Assembly (NCBI RefSeq): GCF_006345805.1
Contig: NW_021829889.1
Span: 1 to 35,428, forward strand
Direction: 5' to 3'
From: Octopus sinensis
Lineage: Eukaryota
Length of the DNA: 35,428 bases
Numbering within the stretch: position 1 is the first letter of the stretch; each line of letters starts with the position of its first letter. Made by a program: the position numbers and the translations under genes. Under the pieces are notes generated by a model. That model was not told the DNA's origin and did no database searches. It worked only from the letters and a program-made list of their open reading frames with translations. Below are positions 12,661-23,344 of the stretch, in pieces.

Positions 12661-13108
12661 AGACAAGAAAAAAATCCTCTGTTTACATAATATCGAGGTC
12701 TCATTCATTCTTTTGTTGTCATACTATTACTATTAATATACATATATATATATATATATATATACATGTATAAAATTAGATAGGGATTGTAAATTCAACC
12801 CTCCATGGGATAACATATATCCAATATACTGCTAGAGAAGTACCCAACAAAACTAATACATAAATGTTAAAAATTGCGATGCAATTAATTCATCTACTGT
12901 ATTATGTGGGCAAGGGTAAAATTATTACCGTAAATTAATAATACAAAATGAGAAAATGGAGGAACATACCTAAATCAATCATCAACCATCAGATAATACC
13001 CAATCAATACTTTATTAAACCATTACACAATAGCAATGATATTATACCTAATATATTACAAATATAACAAGACATAGAAATAGAAATAGAAAATACATTT
13101 ACATTGTA

Positions 13109-13219
13109 GCTGACAGCTGTTTTGGCCGTGAAGACAGGTATGTCCCATTTAACCTATTAGCCATATAAAGCAGGTATAAATGAGACATTAACAAGAATGT
13201 CTCACGGCCTCTTCAGAGA
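13109..13219 (-). ncRNA. Hammerhead ribozyme fold with G12A substitution
   Basis: CUGAAGA, 9 bp stem II GGCCGUGAG/UUCACGGCC with a long loop, AAAA in place of GAAA (CpG-to-TpG at 13123), palindromic stem III ACAGCUGU, GUC site. Confidence 0.65.
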
Positions 13220-13491
13220 ATTTAATGTAAGTATGAAAAAAATTTACATATAAATATAAATATGTGTGCATAGACACTCATATTTCTACACATATATATA
13301 TACACAATAATATAATATAAACAATGTATTTCTATTTCTATTTCTATGTCTTGTTATATTTGTACTATATTAATGTATAATATCATTGCTATTATATAAT
13401 GGTTTAATAAAGTATTGATTGGGTATTATCTGATAGTTGATGATTGATTTAGATATATTTCTCCATTTTCTCATTTTGTATATATATATAA

Positions 13492-13534
<43 letters not shown>

Positions 13535-13711
13535 TAGATACACACACACACATACACATACAATGATACAAAGAAATCTACAACCTTCCATCTCAATAAA
13601 TCCCTATTGTCCCTGAAAGTTGTTTTTTATATTTAATACAGATTGCTTGAAGCTAACTTTCTTCCTACACCTGAATCCCTGGACCTTATATATATACATA
13701 TATATGTATAT

Positions 13712-13957
13712 ATATATAGAAAATAGTAAAAAGTGAAAAAACTACAGAAGGCTTGTTTTAAAAGGTTAAAAAATATATATTTGAGTCAATATGTCTGAAG
13801 AATGTTATAAATTTTTTTCATACAATGACATATACTATGTCATTGTATGAAAAAAATTTTATAACATTCTTCAGACATATTGACTCAAATATATATTTTT
13901 TAACCTTTTAAAACAAGCCTTCTGTAGTTTTTTCCCTTTTTACTATTTTCTATATAT
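13712..13957. repeat. Near-perfect 246 bp AT-rich palindrome
   Basis: About 121 bp arms around a 3 nt spacer (13833-13835), with one mismatch and one 1 nt indel. Confidence 0.95.
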
Positions 13958-14273
13958 TCAACCACGTGTTTTCACAAACCAACTTTCTCACCTATATATA
14001 TATATATATTTATTTATATATTCATATGTATCATGTATGTATGGCAGTGGGTTCACTCACTTGTATCAAGCAGTGTTTAGGCATAAGCAAAAAGATGCCA
14101 TGGCAAGTTCTGAGGGGATGGCATCATGAAACTGCCTCAAAGACGGTGAAAGATAATGGAACAAAATGGGAGATAGGTGGTTGAGTAAAGGTGTGTGCAA
14201 TTATCTAAATATTGTTAATGAATTTTACCTAAAAAATTGTACAATTTTTTTTTACCAACCCAATACATAAATA

Positions 14274-14345
<72 letters not shown>

Positions 14346-14507
14346 TAAATTAGAGATAAAACCACTATTAGGCAAATCAAACAATAAAAAACTTAAGCCA
14401 ATACATAAAATTAATTAATTTATATTATTTTAAATATATATCAAAAGTATTAAAAGTTTAATAAAAGATAATGAGTAAAACATTAATATATATATAGAGA
14501 TATACAC

Positions 14508-14551
<44 letters not shown>

Positions 14552-14759
14552 TATATATATATTTATGCATATATATACATATGTATATATACATGTGTAC
14601 ATCTCTCTCTATATATATATACATGCATATATATGTATGTATGTACGTATGTATCTATCTATCTATCTGTGTGTGTGTGTGTGTGTGTACCTTTAAAATT
14701 CTTAATATGTCCTTTTGTATATCGTATGATATCTCTTACTCACTCCCTTCGTAATTCGG

Positions 14760-14806
<47 letters not shown>

Positions 14807-15259
14807 GTGGAGGTGGTGCTGATTCTAAGTTGCATTACATCATTCTCGGACTTGAAACGAGCTGCCGGGAAATAACCAATTCTCGACATCCACCACATTT
14901 CCACCCCCCACCCCACCCCAACCCTTGTCCTTATCTCTTTAAAAAAAGTGAAAAACTAAATATAAAAACAGCAACAGCAGCAACAGCAGCAACATAAACA
15001 ACAACAGGAAATTAAAACCATCCTTTTGTTTTAACGTCTTTGACATCCGTTTCGTAAGAAAACCTGAGTGGATCAGCACTTGGAGGCTGAGGTTATTTAA
15101 GGAGTCAGTTACGTCTACACACACACACACACACACACACACATGCACACACACACATGCACACACACCACACACACACACACACTCATAGGTAGGCATC
15201 AGCTCATACATCTTTGTATACAATATGCATACATATATATACACACACATGTACGTATG

Positions 15260-15295
15260 TATAAATACAGTATCAACAGTGCTGTCAATCAGATT
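15260..15295 (+). promoter_or_regulatory. TATA box plus initiator-like element, putative promoter of gene A
   Basis: TATAAATA at 15260-15267 and TCAGATT at 15289-15295. The A at 15291 is 31 nt from the first T of the TATA box, the canonical spacing. Confidence 0.55.
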
Positions 15296-15474
15296 GAAGT
15301 CCCAGCGCCTTCACGTGAAGAAGCGAACAGAGAAACAAAGAGAGTGAGAAACTAGCAGACGATTTGGTTCCAGCGCCATCAGAAGAACAACGCAATAAGG
15401 AAAAGCAAAGAGCTTCTGATTCCACTTCACACCGAACCGATTCTTGTTCTTCTTCTTGTTATTATTCAATTTTC
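15291..15474 (+). other. Putative non-coding first exon (5' UTR) of gene A
   Basis: Unique, ATG-free 184 nt segment between the TATA/Inr and a GTAAGT donor at 15475-15480. The coding exon at 20667 needs an upstream donor. Confidence 0.5.
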
Positions 15475-15524
15475 GTAAGTACATATACTTATTTCTTTAA
15501 TTTTTCAAAGAGAATACTCTTATA

Positions 15525-15725
15525 TTCTTTTACTTGTTTTAGTCGAGCAAATCGACCCCGGGACTTTTTCTTTGTAAGCCCAGTACTTATTCTATCAGTC
15601 TCTTTTGCCGAACTGCTAAGTGACAGGGACGGAAACACACCACCATCGGTTGTCAAACAATGCTAGGGGGACAAATACAGACACATATATATATATACAC
15701 ACACACATATATATATATCTATATA

Positions 15726-15767
<42 letters not shown>

Positions 15768-15933
15768 TACGACAGGCTTCTTTCAGTTTCTGTCTACCAA
15801 ATGCACTCACAAGGCATTGGTCGGCCCGGGGCTATAGCAGAAGACACTTGCCCAAGACGCCATGCAGTGGGACTGAACCCGGAACCATGTGGTTGGTTAG
15901 CAAGCTACTTACAACACAGCCACTCCTGCGCCT
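15525..15933 (-). mobile_element. SINE family A
   Basis: Same consensus. Starts 50 nt after the putative exon 1 donor. Confidence 0.9.
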
Positions 15934-16074
15934 TATAGTATAAGATATTGTGGCAACCCATTCTAAGAAATGATCCTTAAAAGCATGGTTAAGGCACTGG
16001 GATGGGTTTAGTGGTCTACTGTATATGATGCATGTATACAATTACAAAAAATAATTGATAATAATAATAATAGT

Positions 16075-16425
16075 TTGTAATTTTGGCACAAGGCCAGTAA
16101 TTTTGAGGGGAGGGGAAAGTTCAATAAATTGATCTTGGCTTTTGATTACAAATAAACTTTAATGATCTCAAAAGGATAAAAGGCAAAACTAACCTATAAT
16201 GTTCTAATAATCCTTTCTACTAGAGGCACAAGGCCTGAAAATTTGGGGAGGGGACCGGTCTATTTCCTTGACCCCAGTGCGTATCTGGTACTTAATTTAT
16301 CAACCCTGAAAGGATGAAAGACAAAGTCGGCCTCGGCGGAATTTGAACTCAGAACATAGCGACAGACAAAATACCACTAGGTATCTCACCCAGCATGCTA
16401 ACGTTTCTGCCAGTTTGCCACCTTC
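16075..16425 (-). mobile_element. SINE family D; other copies at 18236-18432 (-), 21062-21235 (+), 23840-24045 (+), 29735-29915 (+), 30328-30545 (+)
   Basis: Shared gagctggcagaa...ttctgagttcaaattcc...tttgcctttcatcctt...aagtaccag consensus. Confidence 0.8.
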
Positions 16426-16784
16426 CTATAATGTTATAATAATGATAACAACAACGACACTGTATGTGTGTGTGTATATATACATATATATACATATATA
16501 CATACAAAATTTAAAGGACTGACCACTAAAAGCGATTTTGACATCTATATCTAGCATGTTGACCGTCCACTTTTAGTGGTCAGTCCTTTAAATTTTGCAT
16601 GTAAAAATATTTTAATCTTCGGATTTTTTTAATATGCTAGGCCACTGGTTTTAATTGATTGATATCAATTTCTACCCTTTTTCAATTTTTATATATCTAC
16701 ATATATATATATACACACACATGTATATATACACACACACACACACACATATATATATACATACACACATACACATACACACAT

Positions 16785-16950
16785 ATACAACAGGCTTCCT
16801 TCAGTTGGCATCTACCAAATCCACTCAGAAGATTTTGGTTAACCGGAGGCTATAGTAGAAGACATTTACCCAAGGTGTCACACTATGGAACTGAACCCGG
16901 AACCATGTGGTTGGCAAGCAAACTTCTTACCATACCCACACCCCTGCACC
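16785..16950 (-). mobile_element. SINE family A, 5' half
   Basis: Diverged copy. Confidence 0.8.
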
Positions 16951-17122
16951 TGTTTGTTAGCTGAGCCGTGTATCTTGGCTGACAAGTGATATCCTTTAAA
17001 TAGAAATGTGGCCAAAGCGAACCTTGACCTGTCATTATAGAACTAAGTAGCCTCCTTTGTTGTTCTATTATAAATCAGTCTTGCTTTTAGGCCATCTTTC
17101 AGTTTCTAACAAGCACAATATA

Positions 17123-17519
17123 TCTTTAAATATAAAAGTGAAGTTGTGTGTCTGTCTCCTACGATTTAGATTCCTAACTACTCCCACATTTTGTGGTGCA
17201 GTTTAACCAAAACCGGGTATCTTATAGTCGTGATTCATATCGAGCCCTTCTGGGTATTAGCGAGCGTCTACGATGAGTCTACGATTTTAAAAATAATTTA
17301 CCATCATCTTTTTCCATTTTAATGCATTTTTTCGCTATTATATAAGGGAAGTAACTCTCTAAAAATGTCTACGATGAGTCAACGATTTAAAAAAAAATTT
17401 ACCATAATTTTTTTCCATTTTTAATGCATTTTTTTGCTATTTTTTGGCTATAACTCTCTAAAAATGCTTATATAGATATTTCCCTTACAAACCCGAGCAA
17501 CGCCAGGCGATACTGCTAG
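17123..17519 (+). mobile_element. Non-autonomous Helitron-like element with an internal ~100 bp tandem duplication
   Basis: a|TC...cgagcaacgccaggcgatactgCTAG|t. Confidence 0.65.
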
Positions 17520-18465
17520 TCTTTGTTAAAATGGTAAAGAAACTTTAATTCTATGTCACGTAATAAGCAAGATGTGATTCAATGGAGGTGGGCTTCGGAA
17601 CGTCTATAGGCCAGAATCTCTGCAGAGCTAACAGTGTGCTAGGAGTCGGAGCAGCCTGAAGGACGAAGGCCATCAAGTTAGGCTTTGGATGTGGCAGACG
17701 TTTCGTCAAAGTAGCTGTGATCTGGGCATGCAAAGCTCTGGAATGGTTGACGCTACTTGGGGTTGTATTGACTGGACAGAATCTGGGGCTTGGTTGCTTG
17801 GGTCAGGGTGTCTATTTATTGACAGACTAAAAACACTTCAGAGATCCTAGGAAACATTTCTGACATTTCCAGATGCGTCACACGACGATGTATGGAAAAT
17901 AAAGGATAACAGAATTATATCAAATGGAAAATTTATGTTATCCCTTTATCGCTGAGGAATTAGGGTTTAGTCACTGGACCTAAGGATTCTACCGACCGCC
18001 GAACGAATAGATTTTGAAATTAAAATACGAATGAATCTAAAGTTAGAGATTTGACTGAATTTAGATATTTTAGAAAAACAGGTTTAGCAGAGTTATGTAC
18101 CTTGTTTAAACAACAACAACAAAAAAAACCTAAGAAGCGTGCGATCAATAGGTCAAGGGAGATGACTCTGGTGCTTGGGTAAAAAGAAACGGAAAAAAGC
18201 AGTATTTGAGAGAATTTCTCAACTACCACTCCTATTGGTTTCCAGTTTTGGCACAAGGCCAGCAAGTTCGGAGAGAGGTTTTAAGCCGATTACATCGACT
18301 CCAGTCCTCAACTGGTACTTATTTTATCGACACCGAAAGATGGGATGGTAAAAGTCGACTTCGGCGGGATTTGAACTCAGAACATAAAAGACGGACGAAA
18401 TACCGTTTATTGCTTCACGCTCGCCGCCTTAAATATCACTCATATTAACAGGAAAATAGGCGGAT

Positions 18466-18490
18466 ACACACACACACAGACACACACACA

Positions 18491-18552
<62 letters not shown>

Positions 18553-18589
18553 GACACACACACACTCTCTCTCTCTCACACACACACAC

Positions 18590-18622
<33 letters not shown>

Positions 18623-18680
18623 GACACACACACACACTCTCTCTCTCTCTCTCTCACACACACACAGACACACACACATA

Positions 18681-18712
<32 letters not shown>
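18466..18712. repeat. Alternating (CA)n/(CT)n compound repeat
   Basis: Read directly from the sequence. Confidence 0.95.
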
Positions 18713-18713
<1 letters not shown>

Positions 18714-18929
18714 GTGGATGTATGTCTTCATGCAATACAATACAATTTAAATCTTAAATTGCGTGGCAGCAGCCAGCATTAACGAATCGTTTCGTGTCGT
18801 TCGCGTATTCTCATTGAATCCATTGTTATGAAATCCGGGTTTCAGCGTTACACAGACGAGATTTAGTAAACAAATCAATACACAACAGATAATAACCAAT
18901 CTCTCATGCTCTCTTTTGTTTACATATAT

Positions 18930-19112
18930 ATATATTGGCGATTTTTTTCCTCTGTCTTCCCTTCTCTGGATCTTTCCTTCTCCTTTGTTTCCGACGAAGA
19001 GCTCCGCTCGAAACGTTAAAACCTCCTTTTTTCCTTCTTTCCTGAGCGTCCAATAATTCTATATTTGTTCCACGTCCTCGCGCGTTGTATTTTTTGTGCT
19101 TTCTTGTTTGGA

Positions 19113-19117
<5 letters not shown>
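18930..19117 (+). mobile_element. Non-autonomous repeat carrying a hammerhead (Penelope-like tail)
   Basis: Shares cgaaacg...ttcctgagcg...gttccacgt...gtttggattaa with the inverted partial copy at 1260-1368. Confidence 0.5.
18988..19020 (+). ncRNA. Minimal hammerhead fold (U4C, extra A after A9) in a Penelope-like repeat
   Basis: UUU-CCGACGA-A-GAGC-UCC-GCUC-GAAAC-GUU-AAA: stem II 4 bp, palindromic AACGUU, stem I 3 bp. Confidence 0.6.
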
Positions 19118-19159
<42 letters not shown>

Positions 19160-19213
19160 ATATATATATATATATATATTATAATATATATATATATATA
19201 TATATAATTATAT

Positions 19214-19296
<83 letters not shown>

Positions 19297-19348
19297 AATT
19301 ATTAGATTAAATTAATATCAATTTTTCACCCCCATTTATATATATATA

Positions 19349-19389
<41 letters not shown>

Positions 19390-19403
19390 CTATATATATA
19401 TAA

Positions 19404-19440
<37 letters not shown>
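19116..19440. repeat. (TA)n microsatellite, one of many (also about 6030-6235, 8230-8570, 8990-9275, 14280-14345)
   Basis: Read directly from the sequence. Confidence 0.95.
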
Positions 19441-19443
<3 letters not shown>

Positions 19444-19859
19444 TATGACTCCATGCCAAAGCACTTGTATATTTGTCGATAGAATTTTGATTTATATGTA
19501 TGTATGCATATGTGTAAGTGTGTGTGTGTTCCTTATTCCTTCCTGGTCTTCAACCTCCCTGAAGCTATCCCATAAGCCATATTGTCTTCTATTAGCAAAT
19601 AAGGACGCTTCCATGTGATCACATGGCATTCAAGAAATAGCAGCCATATCTTCCTCGAATCACATTCTACCATATTGACAAACTGGAGAGAAATACTGAA
19701 TAATAATAATATATTATAATTAGTTGCAGTATCATTATTATTATTATTACTATCATTCAGGTCACCTTATGATGAGTACCAGAGTGATGCTTCCAGCCAT
19801 CTCCTTCCTTAATAAGTATTTTGTTATCAAAATATGTTTTATCCTCCATTAGTGGAAGC

Positions 19860-20236
19860 GCTCCATCGGTTACGACGGCGAGGGTTCCGGTTGATCCGAA
19901 TCAACGGAACAGCCTGCTCGTGAAATTAACGTGTAAGTGGCTGAGCACTCCACAGACACGTGCACCCTTAACGTAGTTCTTGGGGATATTCAGCGTGACA
20001 CAGAGAGTGACAAGGCCGGCCCCTTGAAATACAGGTACAACAGAAACAGGAAGTAAGAGTGAGAGAAAGTTGTGGTGAAAGAGTACAGCAGGGATCACCA
20101 CCATCCCCTGCCGGAGCCTCGTGGAGCTTTAGGTGTTTTCGCTCAATAAACACTCACAACGCCCGGTCTGGGAATCGAAACCGCGATCCTATGACCGCGA
20201 GTCCGCTGCCCTAACTACTGGGCTATTGCACCTCCA
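19860..20236 (-). mobile_element. SINE family C; older relative at 22518-22810 (+)
   Basis: Matches 9548-9904. Confidence 0.9.
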
Positions 20237-20641
20237 CTCCTCCATTAGACTATGGTGCTGTTTTAAGACAATACAGCACAACTCCTCATTGCTTTGGTGT
20301 AACTGTTTTAGACACAAGCCCTTAGCCCTAACCCCACTTTTACTCTCAAACCTTCAGGAGTTATGCTATGCCAATGTGCCAATGAGCTGAAGTCCCAATG
20401 TACTGATATGCTGATAGGCCAACTCTTTTGGGACCTCTGCTGTGTCGTGATCTTCCATAATTTAATCTGAGGTTGCAAGGTTCTCAGTTACCTTGTGTGG
20501 CCATGTGAAGGCACTTCAGGAATTTTATATAATCTATTTGATAAGGCTGTCATGGTTGGACTGTCTGTTATTATGGGCCAGTTCAACAAAGGCTAACTTG
20601 AAGCTAAATAACAACACCCACAACAACATCACTATCCTCAA

Positions 20642-20666
20642 TTTTTTTTTTTTTTTGTCGTTGCAG
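20642..20666 (+). promoter_or_regulatory. 3' splice acceptor of gene A coding exon
   Basis: Polypyrimidine tract (T15) ending in TTGCAG. CTAAC branch-point-like motif at 20593-20597. Confidence 0.7.
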
Positions 20667-20681
20667 TTGCACTCTTTGACG

Positions 20682-21044
20682 ATGAAACTGCTGCTTACCA
20701 TTCTGCTTACCGTTCTGTGCCTGCAGGTGCAAGCACAAGATCAATGCTTCCACGATTCAAGCGTTAACTGCGTCAGTGACTGCCTCATGTGTCTGATTCT
20801 GGGGAAGAAATGTCCGGCGGACGCACCGATCAAAAATGGTACAAGGGCCTGCTGCGAAGACTGTAGAACTAGTGTGCAACATCTGCCTGAAGGAAACCCT
20901 AATATTGTTGTCTATGGCCTGGCATCATGTCGTAACGCCAGTGACAATCTCGCTGCTGACTTCCATAGATGTCGATCGGATTTCTTCCGACTAGTTCGAC
21001 CACATTCTTACCAAGCGTTCTTTAATGTGAACTGTAATGTGTAA
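20682..21044 (+). CDS. Small secreted cysteine-rich protein A (120 aa, unknown family)
   Basis: ATG at 20682, 15 nt after a strong acceptor (T15-GTCGTTGCAG, AG at 20665-20666). Signal-peptide-like N-terminus MKLLLTILLTVLCLQVQA, 11 Cys in the mature part, N-glycosylation sequons NGT and NAS. Non-repetitive, GC-richer than its flanks, AATAAA at 21344 and 21366. Paralogous to 31962-32348. Confidence 0.85.
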   Translation: MKLLLTILLTVLCLQVQAQDQCFHDSSVNCVSDCLMCLILGKKCPADAPIKNGTRACCEDCRTSVQHLPEGNPNIVVYGLASCRNASDNLAADFHRCRSDFFRLVRPHSYQAFFNVNCNV

Positions 21045-21343
21045 CTGATATTTATACCTTGTGAGGTGGCGAGATGGCAGAGTTGTTAATATGCGGGAAC
21101 AAAATGCTGAACTTTTAACCCTTCGTCCTATCAAGGGTGGATAAAACAAGTACTAGTTGTGTACTGGGGGTTGTTGTAACCAGCTAACTAACTCCCTTCC
21201 AACGAAATTCAGGCCTTGTGCCTATAACAGAAAGACTATTTATGTGTGTGTGTCTGTGTGTGTGTGTGTGTGTTTGTGCATATATTTTGTATATGTTTGG
21301 TTGCGTATGTGTCCATTTTGATATCAATTTTTGTTTTGAAAAA

Positions 21344-21441
21344 AATAAAATGAAAAATATTGGACAATAAATATTGAGAATTGAACCCTCCAAAAACAGC
21401 ATTAACCTGTTATTTTTATATTTATGTTTTTTTATTTGTTC
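21344..21441 (+). terminator. Polyadenylation signals of gene A
   Basis: AATAAA at 21344-21349 and 21366-21371, followed by a U-rich tract at about 21408-21441. Confidence 0.45.
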
Positions 21442-21453
21442 ATTCCCATCATC

Positions 21454-22021
21454 ACTATCATCATCATCATCATCATCATCGTTTAACGTCCGTTCTCCAT
21501 GCTAGCATGGGTTGGACGGTTCGACTGGGGATCTGGGAAGCCAGAAGGCTGCACCAGGCTCCAGTCTTATCTGGCAATGTTTCTACAGCTGGATGCCCTT
21601 CCTAACGCCAACCACTCCGTGAGTGTAGTGGGTGCTTTTTACATGCCACCTGCACAGGTGCCAGGCGAGGCTGGCAACGGCCACGGTCGGATTGGTGCAT
21701 TTTACGTGACACCGGCACGGAAGCCAGTCGAGGCGGCGCTGGCATTGGCCACGAGTCGGATAGTGCTTTTTACGTACCACCAGACCAGGGATCCTGGCTG
21801 GTTCAATTCGATTTCGATTTCGATTTCGCTTGCCCCAACATGTCTTTGCAAGCAAAGGGGGTTGGCATGGGTGCCTGTCGTACGGTTGGATCGGTGTATT
21901 TTACGTGCCACCGGCACGGAAGCCAGTGGAGGCGGCGCTGGCATTGGCCACGAGTCGGATAGTGCTTTTTACGTACCACCAGCACAGGGATCCTGGCTGG
22001 TTCAATTCGATTTCGATTTCA
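21454..22021 (-). mobile_element. RTE 3' UTR fragment with an internal ~199 bp tandem duplication
   Basis: Near-identical to 24545-24930. gagtcggatagtgc occurs at 21753 and 21952. Confidence 0.9.
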
Positions 22022-23140
22022 CCACTAATATTATAACAATCAATATGTTTATCATCATCCCCCCTTCCCCTCGCATCATCGTATCCATCCAGCAAATTAT
22101 TAGGTGCCATAGTTTGTACCCAGTTTGCTTGCTTGATTCTTTTATCTATTCCAAAAATGAGCACTGATGTAAAGAAGGATGTTTACATAAATAAATGAAT
22201 GAATGAATATGTCTGTGTTTACAGATGAGGATCAAGGGTCTAAAACATCCTACCATGACCACTACTCCTTGTCACAAACTGCCGCTTGTGCAGCAGCAAA
22301 TCACTCACTTCAGGGACTTCTTGTCTTCTCCTTAATGACATCCCTCCAAATTTAGCTTTGTTGCCTGCATGGCTGTTCTCTGTCCACCCAGCCCCCCGGG
22401 GACACAGGCATAGATGTTACGAAACCCTGATAACATAGTGTAGTGAAAATATTGCAGCCATCACCACATAATCGTTGTCACCATCTTTCATTTCATTCAT
22501 ATTTCGTCCAGGGTAAAAGTGCATGGTCCAGTGGTCAAGGCATTCAGCTCATGATCGTATGGTTGTGATTTCAATCCCCACCAGCATGTTGTTTCTTTCA
22601 CATTGCTCCTGTCTACTCAACTGCCAAAAATGAATAATATCCATATTTCAAAAGTTCAGCCTTGTGTCATGCTGAATCTCCCCCGAGAACTACGTTAAGG
22701 GTACACATGTCTGTGGAGCACTCAGCCACTTGCTCATACATTTCACAAGTTGGCTGTTCCATTGATGAGATCAAATGGAACCCTTGTCGTCATAATCAAC
22801 AAAACGCCAGTTTCATTTAATCCCTTTGGAACAAAATCTTTTGTTCCATAGACCAACCAGATCATTTGCAGAGCTTACCCATGGGACATCATCTCAGTTA
22901 TTTGGTGTCAGGCACCTATTACGTCTCAATTGTAGTAGCAGTTTTACTAATATTGTTAAATACATTCAAGCACTGACCAAATGAGTCAAAAATAAATATT
23001 TATATATACTCAGTTGTATAGTAACACATCTTTTAGACAATGCTACTTATAATAGCATTCATGACTATTTGTGGTTTTAAAGGACAATAGTGCAAAATAC
23101 ATCTAAATATTACAGTTCTATATTTGAGAGATGAGGAATT

Positions 23141-23231
23141 ATATACATTATTTACATTCAACGGATATTTGTCCTCATCTTGTTTGTTGTTAACACTATG
23201 TTTCGGTTGATATACCCTCCAACCTTCATCA
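23141..23231 (-). mobile_element. Penelope-like fragment with decayed hammerhead
   Basis: UGAUGA-A-GGUUG-loop-CAACC-GAAAC. Inverted partner at 23716-23801. Confidence 0.55.
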
Positions 23232-23233
23232 TA

Positions 23234-23302
23234 TGGTGTAGTGGTTAAGAGCGCAGGCTACTAACCCCAATATTCCGAGTTTGATTCCAGGCAGTGACCA
23301 TA

Positions 23303-23330
<28 letters not shown>
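23234..23330 (+). mobile_element. tRNA-derived SINE head plus (AAT)n
   Basis: A-box-like TGGTGTAGTGG and B-box-like GTTTGATTCC. Confidence 0.6.
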
Positions 23331-23334
<4 letters not shown>

Positions 23335-23344
23335 TCGGAAAATA

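Noticed and set aside
14020-14184. TCIKQCLGISKKMP as another family relic
   Set aside because: Only two Cys match and a gap is needed; compatible with chance.
20493-20681. 63-codon N-terminal extension of the 183 aa ORF
   Set aside because: Starts at TTG and runs through a branch point and polypyrimidine tract. The signal peptide starts at ATG 20682.
20682-21044. Assignment to insulin-like, insect odorant-binding, saposin or ShK families
   Set aside because: Cys spacing does not fit. For example it has CC-x2-C rather than the insulin A-chain CC-x3-C-x8-C, and only part of the OBP pattern.
21790-22021. CRISPR-like repeat/spacer pattern
   Set aside because: Eukaryotic retroelement UTR duplications with identical inter-repeat sequence; no cas genes.
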